Assembly (NCBI RefSeq): GCF_019464535.1
Contig: NZ_CP080507.1
Location: 2,910,001 to 2,942,000 of the forward strand
Direction: 5' to 3'
Source: Horticoccus luteus
GTDB taxonomy: Bacteria; Verrucomicrobiota; Verrucomicrobiia; Opitutales; Opitutaceae
DNA length: 32,000 nucleotides
How positions within the stretch are numbered: the stretch's first letter is position 1; the number at the start of each line of letters is the position of its first letter. Below are positions 17,690-25,216 of this stretch, one piece after another. The translations under genes and the position numbers were made by a program. The notes beneath the pieces were generated by a model that worked only from the letters and a program-made list of their open reading frames with translations, ran no database searches and was not told the origin of the DNA.

Positions 17690-19603
17690 ATGACGATCCT
17701 TTATTTGGAAGACGATGCCGCCGACGCCGCGTTGGTGCGTGCCCACCTCGAACCGCACCTGACCGACTGCCACCTCGTCGTGGCGCCTTCTTTCGCCGCT
17801 TTCGAAGCCGCGCTGCACGGCCCTCCGCCCGACCTCATCCTCGCCGATTTCAAAGTCCACGATGGCGACGGTCTCACCGCCCTGCGCACCGCGAAGGCGA
17901 CTCTCCCCGACACGCCGTTCATCCTCCTTTCCGGCACCATCGAAGAAGACGTCGCCATCGAATTCATCCGCAACGGCGCGCAAGACTACGTCCTCAAGGG
18001 CAATATCAAACGGCTTCCCGTCGCGATCCAACGCGCCGTGCGCGAAGCCCACGAACAACGCCTGTATCGGGAAGCCCGCCACCGCCTCGTGCAGCAAGGC
18101 GAGATGATCGAACAGGCCAACGAAGCCATCGTCATCGCCGACCTCGCCGGCCACGTGATCTCCTGGAACCGCGGCGCGGAACGCATCTTCGGCTGGACGC
18201 TGGCCGACGTCGTCGGCCGCCGCCTCCGCGATGTCGCCTGGCCCGAAGACGCCGCGGCCATCATCGCCGCCTCCGAAGCGTCCGTGCAATCCTCCGCGTG
18301 GCGCGGCGAATTGCAGCTTCATACGAAGGCGGGCAAGGAAATCACCATCGAGGTGCATCATACCCTCGTGCTCGATGAAGCCGGCCGGCCCAAAGCCCGC
18401 CTCACCATCAGCACCGACATCACCGAAAAAAAACTGCTCGAAGCCCAATTCGCCCAAGCCCAGCGCATGGAAAACATCGGGCTCCTCGCCACCGGGATCG
18501 CGCACGACTTGAACAACATGCTCGCGCCGATCCTCATGGCCGCGCCCCTCCTCCGCTCGGCCACCACCGAGCCGCGCGCGCGCCGCATGCTCGACACGGT
18601 TGAACAATGCGCCGAACGCGGCGCCGCGCTCACCCGCCAGATTCTCTCCTTCGCCCAAGGCTCTGCCGGCCAGCTCAAGCTCGTGCAGATCAAACACCTG
18701 CTGCGCGACATCGTGAATCTGGTCCAGCAAACCTTCCCCCGCTCCATCAAGTTGGAGGCGGACGTGCCCAACGACCTCTGGCTGATCCAAGCCAATCCCG
18801 TCCAGATCCACCAAGTTCTGCTCAACCTCTGCGTCAACGCCCGCGATGCCATGCCCCACGGCGGCCGGCTTTCACTCCGCGTGCGCAACACCCTGCCCGA
18901 CGAAATCGTTCCGCTCGGTCCCGACGCCAGCTCCACCGCCCGCTTCGTCGTCATCGACATCGCCGACACCGGCACCGGCATCCCGCCCGAGGTGCTGCCC
19001 CACATCTGGAAACCGTTTTTTACCACGAAAGAGCAAGGCCACGGCACGGGTCTCGGCCTGCCGACCGTCAAAGGCATTATCGGCAACCATCAAGGACACA
19101 TCATCGTCCAGACCGAAGCAGGCCAGGGCACCCTCTTCCGCGTCATCCTTCCCGCCTCGCCCGACGGCGCCGATCGTCCCGAATCCTCGACCGCCCTCCC
19201 TCGCGGCGCCGGTGAACTCATCGTCGTCGTGGACGATGAGGCCCACATCCAGCAACTCTGCTCCACCATCCTCACCCGCCAAGGCTACGATGTCCTCGTG
19301 GCGTCCGATGCCGCCGACGCCGTGGGCTGGTTCTCCCAACGCAGTCACGAAGTGCGCCTCGTGCTCACCGATTTGCAAATGCCCGACTTCGATGGCCTCG
19401 CCCTCTCGCGCGTGCTCAGTCAGATCAATTCCAACATCAAGATGCTCGTCATCACCGGCCTGCCCACCGCCGAACAACGCCTGCGCGACGCCCCGCCCTG
19501 CATCAAGGGCCTCTTGCTAAAACCTTTCACAGCCGAAGCCCTCATCCGGCAGGTGCACGCGATTCTGCATCCGCCGGCGTCCCACGACCTCCCGCCCTCC
19601 TGA
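17690..19603 (+). CDS. Hybrid sensor kinase: REC, PAS, HisKA, HATPase, REC
   Basis: N-terminal receiver: YLEDDAAD...LILADFKVHDGDG...LLSGT...YVLKG. PAS follows. H-box GIAHDLNNMLAPI (His codon 18503-18505). HATPase: NLCVNARDAM, DTGTGIP, GTGLGL. C-terminal receiver: VVVDDE...LVLTDLQMPDFDG...LLKPF. Confidence 0.9.
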   Translation: MTILYLEDDAADAALVRAHLEPHLTDCHLVVAPSFAAFEAALHGPPPDLILADFKVHDGDGLTALRTAKATLPDTPFILLSGTIEEDVAIEFIRNGAQDYVLKGNIKRLPVAIQRAVREAHEQRLYREARHRLVQQGEMIEQANEAIVIADLAGHVISWNRGAERIFGWTLADVVGRRLRDVAWPEDAAAIIAASEASVQSSAWRGELQLHTKAGKEITIEVHHTLVLDEAGRPKARLTISTDITEKKLLEAQFAQAQRMENIGLLATGIAHDLNNMLAPILMAAPLLRSATTEPRARRMLDTVEQCAERGAALTRQILSFAQGSAGQLKLVQIKHLLRDIVNLVQQTFPRSIKLEADVPNDLWLIQANPVQIHQVLLNLCVNARDAMPHGGRLSLRVRNTLPDEIVPLGPDASSTARFVVIDIADTGTGIPPEVLPHIWKPFFTTKEQGHGTGLGLPTVKGIIGNHQGHIIVQTEAGQGTLFRVILPASPDGADRPESSTALPRGAGELIVVVDDEAHIQQLCSTILTRQGYDVLVASDAADAVGWFSQRSHEVRLVLTDLQMPDFDGLALSRVLSQINSNIKMLVITGLPTAEQRLRDAPPCIKGLLLKPFTAEALIRQVHAILHPPASHDLPPS

Positions 19604-19612
19604 TCCCGCCGC

Positions 19613-19631
19613 GGTGCCGCTCAACGGCACC
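19613..19631. terminator. Hairpin at the convergent junction of the hybrid kinase and csbD-like genes
   Basis: GGTGCCG-ctcaa-CGGCACC. The loop contains the csbD-like stop codon (19621-19623). There is no U-tract on either strand, so it is only a candidate bidirectional terminator. Confidence 0.3.
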
Positions 19632-19818
19632 CGCACTCTTCGCGCAGATACTTCTCGATCTCAGCGCGATTCGCTCCCGTGCGCTGTTGGATCCGGTCGA
19701 CCAATCCCTCGCCCTGACCGTTCGCGAGCTGAAGGTCGTCCTCCCGGAGATTTTTGAATTTTTCCCGCAGCTTCTCCCGCGTTGTCTTCCAATCCGGTCC
19801 CGTTTTGTCGGCGTTCAT
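19621..19818 (-). CDS. CsbD/YjbJ-family general-stress protein
   Basis: 65 aa: DWKTTREKLREKFKNLREDDLQLANGQGEGLVDRIQQRTGANRAEIEKYL parallels E. coli YjbJ (NWKQFKGKVKEQWGKLTDDDM...GKRDQLVGKIQERYG). Confidence 0.8.
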   Translation of the reverse strand: MNADKTGPDWKTTREKLREKFKNLREDDLQLANGQGEGLVDRIQQRTGANRAEIEKYLREECGCR

Positions 19819-19855
19819 CGACCTCCTGACCAGCCGCGCGCGCGACAGTTTCGCT

Positions 19856-20677
19856 TCACCGGGCCATCACTTCGCGCGCCCGCGCCGCCAGCAAATCGAT
19901 TAACCGCGGATGCTCGCCCAGCAAAGGCGTTCGCCGCACGCGCCCACCCGCCGAAGCAGCCTCCGCGCGCGCACAGATTTGCGCCACGTCACCCTGCGGC
20001 CCCGCATGCCGGCCTTGTTGCAGAAAAAGTTGCGCGACCACCACGTCGCCTCCCCTCCACCCCGGCGCGTCCAACAGCGTTTCCAGCAACGGCTCGTTGA
20101 ACGCATACGCTTCGCCCGCGCGCCGCTCCATGCTGCACGGCGCCACCTCCGCCGCTCCGCCGAGCAGCACCGCCAGTTGTGCCGCGATCTCGTCGCGCGC
20201 CGCCGTCACCGCCCGCACCGGACTTCCATGATCGACCACCGCCACCTTCGTCGCGCCCCGCGCCGGCCCCGTCGCGCGCACAAAATCCGCCAGCATCTCC
20301 GCCAGCACCATCTCGCCCGCCCGATGCAGCGGATCCGCCACCGTCATCGTCAGCCCGCCAAATTCTCCGCGCCACCGCTCCGTCGATTCCGGCAAAAATT
20401 CCGTCAACGCCCGGCTCGGTCCGATGAAGAGCGGCACCACGCCAAACCGCCGCGCCCCCGCGTTCGCCCGCCTGCGCACCGCCGCCTCCAGGACTTCCGC
20501 CGCCCGCCCTCCCAATTCCGCCGCCGGCACCTTGTCCGCATGCAGGACCGACACCGGTTCAACCAGCCGTCCAAGACGCGCGCCCAGTTTTTCCGCCAGC
20601 GCGCGCAGCGATCGAATCGCCGCCGGCGCCAGTGAACCGTTGTCGACGAGAAACAGGTGCTCGCACGCCTCCGCCAT
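19856..20677 (-). CDS. cbiX: Sirohydrochlorin chelatase, two-domain CbiX/SirB type
   Basis: Start at ATG 20677 (MAEACEHLFLVDNGS...VAVVDHGSP...). There are two CbiX-like halves, each with the (V/L)DxGS motif. Its ATG shares one nucleotide with the cobA stop (TGATG). The rest of the 489-aa track ORF is a false extension. Confidence 0.8.
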   Translation of the reverse strand: MAEACEHLFLVDNGSLAPAAIRSLRALAEKLGARLGRLVEPVSVLHADKVPAAELGGRAAEVLEAAVRRRANAGARRFGVVPLFIGPSRALTEFLPESTERWRGEFGGLTMTVADPLHRAGEMVLAEMLADFVRATGPARGATKVAVVDHGSPVRAVTAARDEIAAQLAVLLGGAAEVAPCSMERRAGEAYAFNEPLLETLLDAPGWRGGDVVVAQLFLQQGRHAGPQGDVAQICARAEAASAGGRVRRTPLLGEHPRLIDLLAARAREVMAR

Positions 20678-21495
20678 CAGGCCACGTTCGCCAGTTCCAC
20701 CACGCCGGACGCCGGCACCGCCAGAGCCGACGCCTGCGTCAACACCTCCGCCAGCCGCACAACCTCGCCCACGATGATCAACGCCGGTTTCCCGAGAATC
20801 GTCGGCGCCAGTTCTCCGGCGCTGCCCAGCGTTGCAACGCGCACTTCCTGGGTCGGCAGCGACGCATTGGTCACCACCGCCACCGGCGTGCTCTCGCGCA
20901 GCCCGCCCGCCGTAAGCGCCGCCGCGATCTGCGGCAGCCGCCGCGCGCCCATGTAAATGCACAACGTCGCCCCCGTTTTCGCGAGCGCCGCCCAATCCAC
21001 CCGCGTCTCCGCCTTCGCGCACTCGTGACCGGTCACAAACACCACCGCCGACGCGTGGTCGCGATGCGTCAACGGCACGCCCGCCGCCGCGCCCGCCGCG
21101 ATCGCGGCCGTCACGCCCGGCACGATTTCGCACGGAATCCCCGCCGCCGCCAGCGCGTGCGCCTCTTCGCCGCCGCGCCCAAACATCAACGGATCGCCGC
21201 CCTTGAGCCGCACGACATGGTGGCCCGCCTGCGCCTCCGCCACGAGCAGCGCCGTCGTTTCCTCCTGCGGCACGCAATGCCGACCCGCTCGTTTTCCCAC
21301 GTAAATCGCCCGCGCCGTCGGGCACAACTTCAGCAATTCCGGATTCGCCAGATCGTCGTAAATCACGACCTCGGCCTCTCTTAACGCACGTTGTCCGCGC
21401 ACCGTAATGAGCTCCGGATCGCCCGGCCCCGCGCCGACCAGCGTCACGCGCCCGAGCGATTGGTCATAAAGTGAAATTTGTTCTTTACTGAACAT
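20677..21495 (-). CDS. cobA: Uroporphyrinogen-III C-methyltransferase (SUMT)
   Basis: 272 aa: VTLVGAGPGDPELITVRGQRALREAEVVIYDDL...VVRLKGGDPLMFGRGGEE. This is the canonical SUMT/CysG-C signature. Confidence 0.9.
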   Translation of the reverse strand: MFSKEQISLYDQSLGRVTLVGAGPGDPELITVRGQRALREAEVVIYDDLANPELLKLCPTARAIYVGKRAGRHCVPQEETTALLVAEAQAGHHVVRLKGGDPLMFGRGGEEAHALAAAGIPCEIVPGVTAAIAAGAAAGVPLTHRDHASAVVFVTGHECAKAETRVDWAALAKTGATLCIYMGARRLPQIAAALTAGGLRESTPVAVVTNASLPTQEVRVATLGSAGELAPTILGKPALIIVGEVVRLAEVLTQASALAVPASGVVELANVA

Positions 21496-21508
21496 CTAAA
21501 GTTTAGAT

Positions 21509-21533
21509 TTTGAATCTTCCGCCAAGAATCAAA
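21509..21533. promoter_or_regulatory. Imperfect inverted repeat in the 51-bp cobA/cysI divergent intergenic region (candidate operator)
   Basis: TTTGAATCTT-ccgcc-AAGAATCAAA (arms complementary with one mismatch). An overlapping small dyad AGATT-ttg-AATCT sits at 21505-21517. This is the only AT-rich stretch for about 1 kb on either side. Confidence 0.3.
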
Positions 21534-21546
21534 CGCAAAATTTGTC

Positions 21547-23283
21547 ATGCTCCCGAACGACCCGACCAAGCTCAGCAAGAACGAACACCAGAAGCGCAGC
21601 GATCCCACGCTGGGCGGCACCATCTCCCGCGTGCTCAACGATCCCACCGCCGAATTCTTCGCCGACGACGACGTCCAGTTTCTGAAATTCCACGGCGTGT
21701 ATCAGCAGGACGACCGCGATCTGCGCAAGACCGGCAAAAAATACATGATGATGGTCCGCAGCCGCATTCCCGGCGGCGTGATGACCTCCGCGCAGTGGCT
21801 CACCTTCGACCGCCTTTCCACCGAACACGGCAACAACACCCTGCGCGTCACCACGCGCCAGTGCATCCAGTTCCACGGCGTGCTGAAGCCCGGCCTTCGC
21901 TCCGTCATCAACGGCATCGTTCAATCCCTTCTCTCCACCCGCGCCGCCTGCGGCGACGTCAGCCGCAACGTCACCGCCTCGCCCACGCCCGCCGTCACCA
22001 AAGCGCGCGCCCAGGTTTACGCCGACGCCCTGCGCACCGCCTACGCCCTCGCGCCCCGCACCGCCGCCTACGACTCCATCTGGATCGATAACGAGCAGCT
22101 CAACCTCGAAGATCCCGCGCACAAAGGCTTCGTCGATCCGCTCTACGGCGACGCTTATCTCCCCCGCAAATTCAAGGCGTCCTTCGTGATTCCGCCGGTT
22201 AACGACATGGACGTCTTCACCAACGACATTGGCTTCATCGCCATCGTCGAAGGCGATCGCCTCCTCGGTTACAATGTCGCCGTCGGCGGCGGCATGGGCC
22301 GCAGCCACGGCAACGCCGAAACGTATCCGCGTCTCGCCGATGTCATCGGCTTCGTCGAATCCGCCAACATCATCCCCGTCGCCCAGGCGGTGCTCACGAT
22401 CTTCCGCGATTACGGCGATCGCATGAACCGCAAACACGCGCGCTTCAAATACGTCGTCGAAGAAATGGGCTCCGACTGGGTGCGCGACGAAGTCGTCCGT
22501 CGCACCGGCATCGCGATTCCCCCGGCGCGCCCCTATGAGTTCACCAGCACGGGTGACGTCTACGGCTGGAATCGCGCCGTCGACGGTTCGCTCTTCCTCA
22601 CGCTCTTCGTCGAAACCGGCCGCATCAAAGACGTCGACGGTCACCGCATGAAGACCGCCTTGCGCGAGGTCGCGGAGCAGTTCCCCCACTTCGAGTTCCG
22701 CCTCAGCGCCAACCAGAACGTCATCCTCGCCAACATCCCCGACGCCGATCGTCCGCGCCTCGACGCGCTGCTCGCGAGCCACGGCGTGAAGACCGAGCGT
22801 CAGGCCTCCCTTCTTCACGCCTCCGCGATGGCGTGCCCCGCCCTCCCGACCTGCGGCCTCGCGCTCGCCGAGTCTGAGCGCATGTTGCCCGGCCTCATCG
22901 ACAAGATCGAAGCGATCACGGCCGAGCTCGGCCTCGCCGACGAGGAAATCATCATTCGCTCCACCGGCTGCCCCAACGGTTGCGCCCGCCCCTACACCGC
23001 CGAACTCGCGTTCGTCGGCAAAGCGCCCGGCCGTTACCAAATCTGGCTCGGCGCCAACGCCGCCGGTTCCCGCCTTAATCGCCTCTACCGCGACGCCGTG
23101 AAAGAACCGGACATCGAAAACGAGCTCCGCGCCGTCTTCACGCGCTGGCGCGACGAACGCCTCCCCGGCGAACGCCTCGGCGATTTCGTCGCCCGCGTCA
23201 TCTGGGCCGAGCAAGCCGCCGCCCAGGCCGCCGCCGCTGCCGCCACGCCGCCACCCGCGCCCGTCGCCGCCGCCGTCGCCTGA
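21547..23283 (+). CDS. cysI: Assimilatory sulfite reductase hemoprotein (CysI-type, siroheme and 4Fe-4S)
   Basis: 578 aa: FLKFHGVYQQDDRD, RVTTRQCIQFHGV, cluster/siroheme cysteines in ACPALPTCGLA and STGCPNGCARPY. Ends with a low-complexity Ala/Pro tail. Confidence 0.9.
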   Translation: MLPNDPTKLSKNEHQKRSDPTLGGTISRVLNDPTAEFFADDDVQFLKFHGVYQQDDRDLRKTGKKYMMMVRSRIPGGVMTSAQWLTFDRLSTEHGNNTLRVTTRQCIQFHGVLKPGLRSVINGIVQSLLSTRAACGDVSRNVTASPTPAVTKARAQVYADALRTAYALAPRTAAYDSIWIDNEQLNLEDPAHKGFVDPLYGDAYLPRKFKASFVIPPVNDMDVFTNDIGFIAIVEGDRLLGYNVAVGGGMGRSHGNAETYPRLADVIGFVESANIIPVAQAVLTIFRDYGDRMNRKHARFKYVVEEMGSDWVRDEVVRRTGIAIPPARPYEFTSTGDVYGWNRAVDGSLFLTLFVETGRIKDVDGHRMKTALREVAEQFPHFEFRLSANQNVILANIPDADRPRLDALLASHGVKTERQASLLHASAMACPALPTCGLALAESERMLPGLIDKIEAITAELGLADEEIIIRSTGCPNGCARPYTAELAFVGKAPGRYQIWLGANAAGSRLNRLYRDAVKEPDIENELRAVFTRWRDERLPGERLGDFVARVIWAEQAAAQAAAAAATPPPAPVAAAVA

Positions 23284-23335
23284 GCAACAACGCTCCACTT
23301 CCTCCCGCTTCCTCTTCCCGCTCGCGTTTCCCTCC

Positions 23336-23563
23336 ATGAAGGAAAAAGCCCGCCGCAGTCTCGTGAAAGCCATCTCCTGGCGCGTCACAGGCACGCTCGA
23401 TACGATCGTGATCTCCTACCTCATCACCGGCCAGGCCAAGTGGGCCTTCAGTATTGGGTTCGTGGAGCTGTTCACGAAAGTCACCCTCTACTTCATCCAC
23501 GAACGCGTCTGGGACCGGCTCTCATTCGGCCGCGTCAACCCCGCGTCAACGTATTCCATTTAA
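23336..23563 (+). CDS. DUF2061-family small membrane protein
   Basis: 75 aa: RRSLVKAISWRVTGTLDTIVISYLITG...FVELFTKVTLYFIHERVWDR. This is the signature I associate with DUF2061 (two TM helices). Confidence 0.8.
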   Translation: MKEKARRSLVKAISWRVTGTLDTIVISYLITGQAKWAFSIGFVELFTKVTLYFIHERVWDRLSFGRVNPASTYSI

Positions 23564-23583
23564 CGTCCCGCCTCCGTCCCGCC

Positions 23584-24255
23584 ATGTCCGCTTTTTCGCC
23601 CGACCAAATCGCCGCCGCCAACGCCGCCCTCCGCACCCAGTCCCCGCTCGACGTCGTGCGTTGGGCGATCGCGCAAGCCCACGGCCGCGCCATCGTCTCC
23701 ACCAACTTTCGCCCTTACGAAGCCGTCGTCCTCCATCTCGCCACGCAGGTGCAGCCCGACATTCCCGTCCTCTGGGTCGATCACGGCTACAATCGCGCCG
23801 CCACCTACCAACACGCCGAAGCCCTGCGCGCGCGCCTCAAGTTGAACCTGCAACCCTATCTCCCGCGCCTCACGCCCGCGCACCGCGATGCCATCTACGG
23901 CGGGATTCCCACGCTCGATGACGAGGAGGGCCTGAAGAAATTCAGCGCGCAGATGAAACTCGAACCGTTCCAACGCGGCATGCGCGAACTCGCGCCCACC
24001 GTCTGGATCACCGCACTTCGCCAGGTGCAAAATCCCCATCGCGCCGGCCTCGACCTCGTCTCCCACGACGCCAACTTCAACTCCCTCAAGGTCAGCCCCG
24101 TTTTCTATTTCAGCGACGCCGAGATGGAAGCCTACCTCGCGGAGCACCAACTCCCCAACGAGTGGGACTATTTCGATCCCGCGAAAGCCGACGAAAAACG
24201 CGAATGCGGCCTCCACGCCGCCTGGGGCGGTCGCGCCGTCGCCTCCGCTCAATAA
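23584..24255 (+). CDS. cysH: Phosphoadenosine phosphosulfate (PAPS) reductase-type CysH, lacking Fe-S cysteines
   Basis: Start at ATG 23584. Collinear by eye with E. coli CysH: STNFRPYEAVVLHLATQVQPDIPVLWVDHGY against [31 protein letters not shown]. The C-terminal motif is KRECGLH. That is the only Cys in the protein. Confidence 0.9.
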   Translation: MSAFSPDQIAAANAALRTQSPLDVVRWAIAQAHGRAIVSTNFRPYEAVVLHLATQVQPDIPVLWVDHGYNRAATYQHAEALRARLKLNLQPYLPRLTPAHRDAIYGGIPTLDDEEGLKKFSAQMKLEPFQRGMRELAPTVWITALRQVQNPHRAGLDLVSHDANFNSLKVSPVFYFSDAEMEAYLAEHQLPNEWDYFDPAKADEKRECGLHAAWGGRAVASAQ

Positions 24256-24259
24256 TCCC

Positions 24260-25192
24260 GTGACGCCTTCCCTCGACTCTCCGGTCCGCGTGCACAACTA
24301 CCACCTCGACCATCTCCAGCACCTCGAATCCGAGGCGATCCACCTCATGCGCGAGGTCGCCGGCGAATTCGAACGCCCCGCGCTCCTGTTTTCCGGCGGC
24401 AAGGATTCCATCTGCCTCCTGCGCCTCGCCGAAAAAGCGTTCCGCCCGTCGGATATTCCGATGCCGCTGCTCAACGTCGACACCGGCCACCACTTCCCCG
24501 AGCTCAACGCGTTTCGCGATCGCCGCGCCGCCGAGCTCGGCGCCAAGCTGATCATCCGCCGCGTCGAAGACGCCATCGCCCAAGGCATCGCCACGCCCGC
24601 GCCCGGCGAAATCAGCCGCAACAAACTCCAGATCCCCACCCTCCTCGCCGCCATCGAGGAATTCCGTTTCGACGCCTGCATCGGCGGCGCCCGGCGCGAC
24701 GAAGAAAAGGCCCGCGCCAAAGAACGCTTCTTCAGTTTCCGCGACAGCTTCGGCCAGTGGGACCCAAAAAACCAGCGCCCCGAAATCTGGAATCTCTACA
24801 ACGGCCGCCTCAACGCCGGCGAAAACATGCGCATTTTTCCCCTCTCCAATTGGACGGAGATGGACGTGTGGGAATACATCCGCCGCGAGCAGCTTGAGGT
24901 GCCCAGCATCTATTTCAGCCACCGCCGCTCCTGCGTCCGCCGCCACGGCCAATGGCTGCCCGTCACCGATATTCTCCCGCCGAAACCCGGCGAGACCGTG
25001 CGCGAACTCGTCGTCCGCGTGCGCACCATCGGCGATATCATCAGCACCGGCCTCGTCGAGTCGCCGGCCGACACCTTCGACGACATCATCGCCGAAATCG
25101 CCGCCGCCCGCGTCACCGAACGCGGCTCGCGCGCCGACGACAAAGCCTCCGAAGCCGCCATGGAAGACCGCAAAAAAGCCGGCTACTTCTGA
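24260..25192 (+). CDS. cysD: Sulfate adenylyltransferase subunit 2
   Basis: GTG start 4 nt after the cysH stop. HLQHLESEAIHLMREVAGEFERPALLFSGGKDS (PP-loop)...LNVDTGHHFPE...GGARRDEEKARAKERFFSFRD. Confidence 0.9.
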   Translation: MTPSLDSPVRVHNYHLDHLQHLESEAIHLMREVAGEFERPALLFSGGKDSICLLRLAEKAFRPSDIPMPLLNVDTGHHFPELNAFRDRRAAELGAKLIIRRVEDAIAQGIATPAPGEISRNKLQIPTLLAAIEEFRFDACIGGARRDEEKARAKERFFSFRDSFGQWDPKNQRPEIWNLYNGRLNAGENMRIFPLSNWTEMDVWEYIRREQLEVPSIYFSHRRSCVRRHGQWLPVTDILPPKPGETVRELVVRVRTIGDIISTGLVESPADTFDDIIAEIAAARVTERGSRADDKASEAAMEDRKKAGYF

Positions 25193-25216
25193 TCCCCGTT
25201 TCCCGCGCCTGAACAC

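Noticed and set aside
15411-18859. ORFs of 609 aa and 550 aa on the minus strand (15411..17240 and 17207..18859)
   Set aside because: They are antisense to the two histidine kinase genes, whose H, N and G boxes are all intact on the + strand.
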